From the NCBI GenBank assembly GCA_038087875.1, contig CM075997.1:7752001-7816000 (forward strand): DNA of 64,000 nt. The letters are read 5' to 3'. How positions within the stretch are numbered: the first letter of the stretch is position 1; each line of letters begins with the position of its first letter. Shown piece after piece: positions 50,901 through 60,647 of the stretch. A program made the position numbers and the translations under genes. The notes under the pieces are model-generated. The model was given only the letters and a program-made list of their open reading frames with translations, ran no database searches and was not told the origin of the DNA. The DNA comes from Malacoraja senta (Eukaryota).

Positions 50901-52681
50901 ATCGAGAAGAAGCTACTGGCCGTGATGTTTGCCTGCTCCAAATTCAAAGACTACGTCCTGGGCAACACTTTCACCATTGAAACTGACCACCAGCCGCTTG
51001 TCACCATTCTCAACAGGTCGATCCATGTTGCCTCATCCCGCCTGCAGCGCATGATGCTGCAGCTCCAGCGCTTCACTTTCGATGTGGTTTATCGTAAGGG
51101 CAAGGACATGTTCGTGGCCGACACGTTGTCTCGCGCCCCGCTAACGTCCAACGTTCGCCACCCCTTTGAGATGTCTGATCTGATTGTGCTCCAAGTGAAC
51201 ATCGTCCCTTCACAGCAGATGAAGTCCCTGGTTGAACACACTGCCAATGACCCTGGCCTGCAACAGCTTTCTGCCGTCATCCAGTGGGGCTGGCCCGACC
51301 GTCGTTCCGCGTTGCCGGCTGGCGCCGTGCCCTACTTCCTGGTCCGTGACGAGCTCGTACTACACGACGGCGTGGTGGTGAAGGGTCACAAGGTGGTCGT
51401 GCCTGCTGCGCTGCACGACCACTATTTTCAGGTCGCTCACCGCAGATATCCTGGGGCCGAAGCCACCGTATCTCACGCCCAGAGCCAGTTCTATTGGCCT
51501 GGTATGGCCCAATACATCCGGGAGAGGGTCTCCTCGTGTTCCACCTGTAACAATATCGCCCCCCACCAGCAGCGTCAGCCGCTTCTGCAGCAGCCTGCCC
51601 CAGAACTGCCCTGGATGGCGGTGCCGTCGACATTTTCGAGTGGCGGGGCAAACACTTCCTGGTTCTCGTTGACTCCTACTCCAGCTGGTTCGAGGTCGAC
51701 CGGCTGCACTCCCTAACCTCTTCGGCCGTCATCGACAGGTTGGACCATCATTTTGGCACTTTTGGCCCCCCGGCAAGCCTGCAGTCGGACAATGGCAGCC
51801 AGTTTACGAGCTCCGAGTTTAAAGCTTTCGCTTCCAGATGGAACTTCCACCATTTCACCAGCAGCCCGGAGTACCCGCAAAGCAACGGTCTGGCCGAGCG
51901 CGCCGTCCGCAGTGCAAAGAACTTGCTGGAACAATGTCGTTTATCCAACTCCGATTTCTATCTGGCCCTCCTCAACCTCCGCAACATCTCCCGCGACTCT
52001 GCCATGGGTTCCCCTGCTCAGCGGCTCATGTCTCGCGCTACCAGACTCCCGCTCCCTGTGGCCCAGCGCTCCCTCATACCATCTGTCCTCACGCCTGCTG
52101 CGGTTCAGAAACGCATTGCCTTCAGGCACGATGTCCAGAAGCGTTCCCATGACAGGTCCTACCACCCGCTGCCGCGCCTCTTCCCCGGTCAAGTTGTCCG
52201 CATGCAGACCCCTGCCGGTCACTCCAAGCTCGCTACCGTCATCGGCTCTGCGGGGTCGCCCAGGTCTTATCTCGTCGACCATGCGGGAACCATTTACCGA
52301 CGGTACCGCCAGCACCTTCGGCTCGTCAACGAGCCGCGGCCGCCTACCGCGGATCCCTTTGCTACCCCACTGCAGTTTTCGCGTCCGGGCGATGCTCTGC
52401 CCGTCCTTCCTAACATGCAACGGTCTACACCACCTCAACTCCTTCCGTTCCACCCTACTCCGGCTAGTCCTCACTCGCCTGCCCGCGCTCTGCCCGCTCC
52501 TGATCCCGCATCTCCTCCGGTTCTGGTGCCGCGGTCTCCTCTGTCTCCTCCCGTTTCCCCCTTTCCGGGTCGTCTGTCCCCATCGGTGCCTCTTCTTCCT
52601 GCCGGAAGGGAGGATGGCGAGATGCGAACCCGGTCGGGACGTGTTGTCAAACCGCCGGTCCGCTATGGCGATTTTGTTTAA
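47903..52681 (+). pseudogene. gag-pol polyprotein with a MITE insertion, stops (49848, ~50202) and a frameshift (~51620)
   Basis: CCHC knuckles (CPNC..H..C, CNVC..NHFAAAC), AKIDTGA, IIVDDILVY, LTCDASQFGLG, integrase LQSDNGSQF..PQSNGLAERAV, and C-terminal RTRSGRVVKPPVRY. Confidence 0.93.
48182..48785. mobile_element. PIF/Harbinger-type MITE (604 bp) inside gag
   Basis: TTA is duplicated at 48179-48181 and 48786-48788. Imperfect ~40-bp TIRs (aaggtctgtctcac..tgcggtcattggc / gccgatgaccgca..gtaagacacggcct). Removing it restores gag ..TNCIL-ERFKLFARRQ. Confidence 0.85.
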
Positions 52682-52750
52682 CCGTCCTAGCGCATGAGCC
52701 GTCGTCGCCCTGTCACTATTGTATTTGCCTGTCGTTTCCAAGGGGAAGGA

Positions 52751-52954
52751 TGTAGATGATATATGCATGTGCCTTTAATATAGTGACCTCATCACTACTA
52801 ACCACTCCCCATATCACAAGTATAACTACAACCTCCCCACCCACAGATCGCTCTCTAGCTCCTGTGACAGACCACGTACAGCTAGTGCAATGTGTAATGC
52901 TCCAGTATGAATAAAGATAGTAAAGTAACGATGTGTCGTTAGAACATCTTTATA
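52751..52954 (+). repeat. 3' LTR (204 bp, terminal CA mutated to TA)
   Basis: Direct repeat of the 5' LTR. Confidence 0.97.
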
Positions 52955-53872
52955 GTTTTGTTCTCCTAATCTGAGGAAGGACATTCTTGCCATAGAGGGT
53001 GTACAGAGAAGGTTCACCAGACTGATTCCTGGGATGTCAGGACTTTCATATGAAGAAAGACTGGATAGACTCGGCTTGTACTCACTAGAATTTAGAAGAT
53101 TGAGTGGCGATCTTATAGAAACTTACGAAATTCTTAAGTGGATGGACAGGCTAGATGCATGAAGATTGTTCCCGATGTTGGGGAAGTCCAGAACATGGGG
53201 TCCTAGTTTAAGGATAAAGGGGAAATATTTTAGGACTGAGATGATAAAAACATTTTTTACACAGAGAGAGGTGAATCTCTGGAATTCTCTGCCACAGAAT
53301 GTAGGAGCGGCCAGTTCATTGGCTATATTTGAGAGGAGGTTAGATGTGGCCCGTGTGGCTAAAGGGATCAGGGGGTATGGAGAGAAAGCAGGTACAGGAT
53401 ACTGAGTTGGATGATCAGCCATGAGCATATTGAATGGCGGTGCAGGCTCGAAGGTCCGAATGGCCTACTCCTGCACCTATTTTCTATGTTTCTATGTTTC
53501 TATGGTCAGGGATCTAACCCGGGTCTCTGACGCTGTGAGGCAGCAACTCTACCGCTGCGCCACTGTGCAGCCCTGCTTCTCATTGCTTTCTTCAACTATC
53601 CCTAAAAACCTTCGGCGTTTCTGCTCACACTTGTAACGATGCAGTTCATGAACTAGTGACAAATCTTGGTACATGTTCAAGATTACTTGATATCAATTAA
53701 TTTAATGAGAGCTTTTTACAGACCAGTTGAAATGCCCCGTACTTTGTAGTTGTAAGTCCATAAGCAGAAAAGCTTTCATGCGGTTAATTATAACCCTGTA
53801 AACCAACTGAAAATTGCATCCTGAGAAGTTAATAATATCCACAATAAATCATGCTTTATTATTCAAATTTGT

Positions 53873-54183
53873 GTTTCAGTTTAGAAATACAGCGCTGAAA
53901 CAGGCCCCATGGCCCACCGAATCCGTACCAAACAGCGATCCCCGCATATCGACACTATCTACACACAGAAGGACAATTTGCATTTATATCAAGTCAATTG
54001 ACCTACAAACCTGTACATGTTTGGAGTGTGGGAGGGAACCGGAGCGCCCGGAGAAAACGCACCCAGCTCAAGGGGAGAACATACAAAGTCTGTTCAGACA
54101 GCACCCGTAGTCGCGATAGGCCCGGGACACAGGGCTCCAGTGCTGTAAGGCAGCATCTCTACCACAGCGCCACCGTGACGCCA
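53873..54183 (-). mobile_element. V-domain SINE
   Basis: Reverse complement of the SINE at 15915 (ttggagtgtgggagggaaccggagc..gacagcacccgtagtc..cagcgccaccgtg). Confidence 0.83.
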
Positions 54184-54319
54184 TGAATTAAAGTTTAGTA
54201 ATTATTAGCCTCTGTCTCTGGGAAGAGGCAGAACTCTTTGCGGCTCCGAATAGCAGCGGGTTGCCAGAGTTAATTAAAGAGACCAGACAACAATGAAGGA
54301 CACATCCTGCTCTTCCACC

Positions 54320-54488
54320 CTGGATTATGTTGCTCCTCTTAAAATGAAAAAAGCCTAAACCTAAAGGATGCCCCTGGCTCAATGAGACAACCAGAGCCCT
54401 AAGAAGAGAATGCAGAAAATCAGAACGGAAGTATAAATCTGACAAGCTTCAAAATTCCTCTGAACTTCTGAGAAACAATCTTCTCAAA
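54320..54488 (+). mobile_element. L2-clade LINE ORF2 fragment, continuing for 6 bp at 58697-58702
   Basis: LDYVAPLKMKK..PWLNETTRALRRECRKSERKYKSDKLQ..LLK|YQ resembles the fish L2 linker between APE and RT. Confidence 0.7.
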
Positions 54489-57400
54489 TAGTAAGATTAA
54501 ACGAGAACTTGCCAGTTTGAAGTTTGATCTTTATTTTATGAGCAGTTACGATGAGGGATTACGTGAAGAAGGCCGTCAACCCGCATGCGCATCAATCTTC
54601 AAAGCAGCGGTGTGAAATCACAGATAACAGTAGTTGACCTAAACATAGTAAGATTGGAGAGAACTAGAACTACCAGCTGAACTTTTTATGAGGAGGGTTG
54701 GGAGCGGAGGGCACGCAATCCCTCATCGTAACTCCTCATAAAATAAAGATCAAACGTCAAACTGGCAAGTTCTCGTTTAGTCTTACTATTTTACTTCGGA
54801 GTCACGTGCGTGACAACGTGAAGACTTTGAAGCTCTGTGATTTCATGCCGGATACTAGTCCAGACGTCACACACTGCACCAATTGACCATGGATGAGTGA
54901 AAAAGATTAATGCATTCAGACATGACATAGTTTGCTAAAAATTTTAATGCTTAATCATCAAAGGAAATTAATAGTGACCATTCCCGTCCTGGGAGGAAAC
55001 TAGGAAACAGAACATAAATGAAATTGGCAAATACCCCCGCTCCGGCAATGGGTATTATAAAAATTGGAAAGTTCGTTCGTTTGACCATCCTACAGCCGCT
55101 AGGATGTGGTTCAGTGGAACGTACATAACCCTGCTGCTGATGTTGTAGCAGCCCTAGTGGAGTGAGATTTGAAATATTAGTATCTATTCTTGCATATGCC
55201 AAAACTCGTTTTGACCACCTTGAGATGGTCTGGATTTATATATTTATGAGGTTTTAAGTAACTTACAATCATAGCTAGTGCAGAGCCTCTAAGGCTCTAG
55301 GTGACCTTCACGTATTGTTGTAAATGTGTGACCACACACAACCAAAGGTCCATGGGGTATGCTATGAGAGAATGTTTGGGACCTGACGCCCCTGGTCTGC
55401 ACTGATTAACTACATCATAAACATAAAATATATATTATTAGCAGATGTAACCATCCTGTCCAGTCGCAATTTAAGTAGTGGATGGACCAGTTGCGCTGAG
55501 ACTAGCGCCATGAGCATAACCACATTGTAAGTGAGTTGACCAGGGATAGAGATGTAGCTGGGCCCTACTGGCGAAGCAGTTTAAGAACAATGCTCACATC
55601 CCATTATCTCCGAGTACCTGGGTCTGAGAGAATTTTGCGTTAAAGATATCCTTTATAAATCTGGATATCAGAGGGTGAGAACCGACAGAGTGTGTCCCGA
55701 TTGCTGCATAAACTATGATGAGGAAGCACGTTGGCACCGTAGTGGTACTATAACTTAATTAAATGTCAAAAGACCCATCTGAAAATGAACTCCGAGACGT
55801 TAGTTATCCGTGCCGTATTATATGTAACATTGGCATGTAACCAAACACTTCCCATCTCCTGATGATGAAAAATGCGCTGCTTTCTCGGTGCTATCCCTGC
55901 ATACTGCAGTGAGCACACACATCGATTGGTCTGGCAACCCGTGCCGCCGAACGGTTCTCAGAGGCTGCAAGTCTATGAATTGATTTAATCATGCAGAGGA
56001 TGGTCTCCTGAACCACCAAATTGTTGTGTTTAAGTTAACCATATAAGGTCGTATATCATTCCCAACATTAGCAGGAACCATGGCTGCATAGGCCAGTCAA
56101 GTAGCACGAAATGCCTGAGGCGAGATCTTGCTGGATTTTGTGCAAGACCGGACTAATGAGGCAAAATGGAGGAAAGACATAAAGAACATTCCTCCTCAGT
56201 GTAGCGAGAATACATCTATTGACACTGTGCCACATATTTTTGCAATGGTGATAGAGCCTGGATGCAAAACATATTGATATTAGGTGTTCCATCGAAGCAC
56301 AATGTCATGACATATTTTGTGATGCAACATCCATTCTATGTTGTCATGGATTTTTACGTGATGATACACCTAGTGTCTTATAGGTAGTTGATACCATATA
56401 ACTGAAAATAGGTAACTCATGCAAAGCCCATCCGCCTCCGTAAGGATAAAGGGGACATCTTTTAGGACAGATGAGAAAACACATTTTTTACACAGAGAGT
56501 GGTGAATCTCTGGAATTCTCTGCCACAGAATGGAGTTGAGGCCAGTTCATTGGCTATATTTAAGAGGGAGTTAGATGTGGCTCTTGTGGCTAAAGGGATC
56601 AGGGGGTATGGAGAGAATGCAGGTACAGGATACTGAGTTGGATGATCAGCCATGATCATATTGAATGGCGGTGCAGGCTCGAAGGGCCGAATGGCCTGCA
56701 CCTATTTTCTATGTTTCTATGTTTCTATGTAACTAGAGATGGTATTCGTAACTTCATCTTTGAGTACTAGCATCAGCTTGTAATATAACTGAAGAGTTAC
56801 TGAGCAATGTTAGTTCTGATAATACAAAGGCCCAAATGTACAGCTGAAAACACAGCCGCTATATTGCCAATTACTCTTGATGAATAGAGGCTGCTTCATA
56901 ACAACAAGATTGTTTCAGGCTTAAATTAATTCCAATCTCTTACCGCAGAGCGGAGTCACAGCAAATTAATAGAGTTAAAGGTAAATCACAATAATCAATA
57001 TCTAGTTGGCATCAACTTAAATTTAACTGGATGGATGCCGAAACAGTTAATTTTAGCAAAATACAGCGTTTTAGAATCAAGTAGGTAGGCCATAACAGAT
57101 GCATGAGGGAGCTAAAACTGTCGAAGTACGAGAACAGCCTCATCGTTTCGGCGACAATACACACCACGCCTCCATCGGCAGTAAGCGGTTCACTGAAGCT
57201 GATGGCAGTGCAAGCACCGGTTCTGCTATGTTCACTTTGTCATTTGTACAAAAATAAGTATTACCAACTTGTAAATGGTCCACATACCCCATGTTTCGGA
57301 AAGAACCAGACCCACCTACCTTCATAGTTACCGGTGGTCTTATGGTAAGCCCAAAGGCCCCTGATGCGGGTTCTATATCCGTCCTTGATTGGAGAGTAGG

Positions 57401-58696
57401 ACTGGCAGGGTACGTGGATTCCATATTTTCCTGAGACCGGCTTGGGCCTTGGCCTAAAATCCCTCTGCACAGCTTGCTGGCTGCCATCAGCTTCAGTGAA
57501 CCGCTTACTGCCGATGGAGGCGTGGCGTGTATTGTCGCCGAAACGATGAGGCTGTTCTCGTAGTTCGACAGTTTTAGCTCCCTCATGCAGGTCTCACCTG
57601 TTGAATAGGTTTACCTGAAGAGAACATTCGGCTGCTGGTTTCCTGGGGTCCATGCCCCTCCAACGTCACCCGCGATAGCGCTGTTCACTGCCGGTACTTT
57701 CAGGAACTCCAGTATGTGCCACGGACATACACTGAGTTTGGAGTCAGTTACACACTGACCCCGACTGCTCCCCTGCTCAGATTGGTACACAGTGTGCAGC
57801 CCTGTACACAGGTGCTATTGCCGCGGTCCCCGAGGAGACCTGCGCTGATATGGCCCCTCCATGGACCATATCTTTCGTGCCTTGTGGTATGCTCCCGGCT
57901 ATACCTCCGAACTCCGAGTCAGACAGAACTGACCCCGACTGCTCCACTCCTTAGAGAGGGAGACAGTGTGCAGCCCTGTACACAGGTGCTGTTGCCGCGG
58001 GCCCCGCAGAGACCCGCGGTGATATAACTCCCTCCTTGGAGCATACCATTGTGGAGCACCTCTCCATCAGGTGCTCCATGTGGGTTAGACGTCCGAAGAA
58101 CGCTACCCATTGAAGGAGGGGATCCTCTTCATTAGGAATCCTCCTGGCCCGACTTGTTTGAGTCAACGGCCCGTACAGACTTTCCCCGTGGCTACCCTTC
58201 AAGCGGGTTTGCCAAGGTATTGCCGGCACCAGTCTGAAGCCGCTGGCTCCACACCAGCGACTCTGAAGGCGAATTTGAACGCCGCCGCTAACCGCGCCGC
58301 GGTCTCCGTAGCCGGTTCCGTGGCCGGGATTCCCCTCGTTCTGTGGCCGGAATTCCCCGCGAATCTGTGTCCCGGCTTCCCCGCGGTCGGTGGCCGGGAT
58401 TACCCGAGGTCGTGACTGGGACTCTGCACGGTCCGTGATTGGGTCACGGTCCATAAGTTTCTACGCGGCCCGTCCCGACTTCGCCCCGAAATCCAGCAGG
58501 AAACTCTGTGAGAAGAGATTCCTGTAATAGAAAACATAACCTGGAACGTTTAAAATCTTACCTTACAGGTTTAAACATAACGCTGGCAGGAGCAGCGCGG
58601 CTGCCAATCAGCGTTGCGCCATGCGCCAGACCTAATGACGCGCATGCGGGTTGACGGCCTTGTTCACGGAGTCACTCACGTGACTCCGAAGTAAAA
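54486..58696 (-). mobile_element. DIRS1-type tyrosine-recombinase retrotransposon, degenerate, with RT partly deleted
   Basis: Minus-strand YR motifs FKSHSTRAATTSAA (~55135-55175) and ILAAVGWSNERTFQ (~55065-55110). Methyltransferase-like FASRL..YVFPPFCLI (ORF 56068..56292). RNase H LQADAS (~56770). ITR cores at 54562-54603 and 58637-58668, ICR at 54717-54822, and TTT at both termini. Confidence 0.9.
56441..56730 (+). mobile_element. Short CR1 3' end inserted in the DIRS element
   Basis: CR1 3' region with a (TTTCTATG)3 tail at ~56706-56730. Confidence 0.9.
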
Positions 58697-58700
58697 TACC

Positions 58701-60645
58701 AGGGTTAGGGTCCTTAGGATTAGGGTCATTGTGGTTAGAGTCGTTAGGATTAGTGTCATTTGGGTTAGGGTCATTAGTGTTAGGGTCATTAGGGTTAGTA
58801 TCATTAGGGTTAGGGTCATCAGGGTTAGGGTCATTAGGGTTAGGGTCATTAGGGTTAGTATCATTAGGATTAGGGTCATTAGGGTTAGGGTCATTGGATT
58901 GGGGCATTCGGGTTAGGGTCATTAGGGTTAGGGTTAGGGTCAGTAGGTTAAGGTTCACGGTTAGGGTTAGGATCCTTAGGGTTAGGTTTAGGGTCATTAG
59001 GGTTAGGGTTATTAGTGTTAGGGTCATTACGATTAGGGTCAATAGAGTTAGGGTCATTAGTGTTAGGGTCATTAGGGTTAGGGTTAGGTTTAGGTTAATT
59101 AAGGCTAGTGTCATTAGGGTTAGGGTCGTTAGGGTTACGGACATTCGGGTGAGGATCATTAGGGTTAGGGTCATTAGGGATCGGGTCATTGGCGTCAGGG
59201 TCATTAGGATTAGGGTCATTAGGGTTATGGTCAATAGGGTTAGGGGCATTCGGGTTAGTATCATTAGGGTTATGGTAATTAGGGGCAGGGTTAGGGTACA
59301 ATGTTAGGGTCATTACAGTTAGGGTCATTAGGGTTTGAGTCATTAGGTTAGGGTCATTAAGGTTAGGGTCATTAGGGTTATGGTCAATAGGGTTAGGGTA
59401 ATTAGGGTTAGTGTTAGGGTTAGGGTCATTAGGATTAGGGTCAATAGTGTTAGGTGCATTACGGTTAGGGTCTTTAGGGTTAGGATCATTAGGGTTAGGA
59501 TCATTAGGGTTATGGTAATTAGGGGTAGGGTTAGGGTCCAATGTTTTGGTCATTACAGTTATGGTCATTAGGGTTAGGGTCATTAGGGTTAGGGTCATTA
59601 GGGTAAGGAACATTAGTGTTAGGGTCATTAGGGTTAGCGTCATTAGAGTTAGGGTTAGTACGGTTATGGTCAATAGGGTTAGGGTCATGAGGGTTAGCGT
59701 TAGGATTAGGGTCATTAGGGTTAGGGTAATTAGGGTTAAGGTCATTAGGCTTAAGGTCATTAGGGTTAGGGTCATTAGGGTGAGAGTCATTAGGGTTAGT
59801 GTCATTAGTGTTAGTGTCATTACGTTTAGTGTCATTAGAGTTAGGGTCATTAGGGTTAGGTCATTAGCGTTAGGGTCATTTGGGTTAGTTCATTAGGAAT
59901 TAGGATCATTAGCGTTACGGCCATTAGGGTTAGGGTCATTAGGGTTAGGATCATTAGGGAGAAGGTCATTAGCGTTAGGGTCGTTAGGGTTTGGGTCATA
60001 AGGGTTAGGTACATTAGTGTTAGGGTCAATGGTACAATTCAATTTATTTGTTGTCATTTGAACCTAAGTTCAAACGAAATTTGATTTCTGCAGTCATACA
60101 AACAAGTAAAAAGAACCAAGACACAACACAATTTACACAAACATCCATCACAGCGAATCTCCTCCTCACTGTGATGGAAGGGAAAGTCTTATCTCTCCCC
60201 TGCACTCCCCATTCTCCTCCCGATGTCAAAGTCAAGCGGGCGATGGTAAATAAGTCCCGCGGCCATTAAAGTCGCCCCGGGCGATGCACGGCCATGCTCC
60301 GCGTCTTGATGTTGGAGCCCCCGGTAGCGCTAACAAGTCCCGCGGCCATTTAAAGCTGCGCCGGGCGATGTAAGGCCCCGCTCCAGGTCATCTTCAACCC
60401 TGCAACTCGGGCGGGAGAAGATGCCGTTGCGGGAGCCCCGAAGAGCGGTCTCCCACCACGGACCCGCGAGCTCCCGATGTCACCGTCCACCGGGTAAGGA
60501 TCATTAGCGTTATGGTCATTAGGGTTAGGGTGATTAGGGTTCGGGTCATTAGGGTTAGTGTTAGGGTTAGTGTCATTAGGGTTCGGTCATTAGGGTGCGT
60601 GTCATTAGGGTTAGGGTCATTGATTTTAGGGTCACTGGGTTAAAG
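58701..60645 (+). repeat. Degenerate telomere-like tract, 15-bp unit TCATTAGGGTTAGGG (58701-60030 and 60491-60645)
   Basis: Pairs of TTAGGG separated by TCA, with many variants. The G-rich strand is +. Confidence 0.95.
60031..60490 (-). mobile_element. Unclassified non-coding retroposon-like insert with a Rex1/Babar-like 3' tail
   Basis: Interrupts the telomere-like tract. The minus strand ends aatttcgtt..aaatgacaacaaataaattgaattg. The GC-rich body has a ~45-bp direct repeat (aagtcccgcggccatt..ccgggcgatg). Confidence 0.5.
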
Positions 60646-60647
60646 TC

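Larger units (their letters stand above)
47603..52954 (+). mobile_element. Full-length Gypsy LTR retrotransposon (probably Mag-related), 5-bp TSD GTTTT
   Basis: Two 204-bp LTRs, PBS-like TGGTGTCA at 47807, PPT AGGGGAAGGA at 52741-52750, and GTTTT at 47598-47602 and 52955-52959. Domain order is gag-PR-RT-RH-IN. Confidence 0.97.
44652..53504 (+). mobile_element. CR1 LINE (end of ORF1 esterase, broken ORF2, 3' tail), split by a Gypsy (44652-47602 plus 52955-53504)
   Basis: ISGLLPVPR (ORF1), CLNARS and the RT motifs. YCVQF|.SPNLRK is continuous across the Gypsy. (TTTCTATG)3 tail at 53481-53504. Confidence 0.95.
44433..53570 (-). mobile_element. V-domain SINE split by the CR1/Gypsy nest (44433-44651 plus 53505-53570)
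   Basis: ..gacagcacccatg | gtcagggatctaacccgggtctctgacgctgtgaggcagcaactctaccgctgcgccac restores a continuous SINE. Confidence 0.85.

Noticed and set aside
58632..59896. MTLTL / DPNPN repeat ORFs
   Set aside because: These are translations of the 15-bp telomere-like repeat, with no evidence of coding function.
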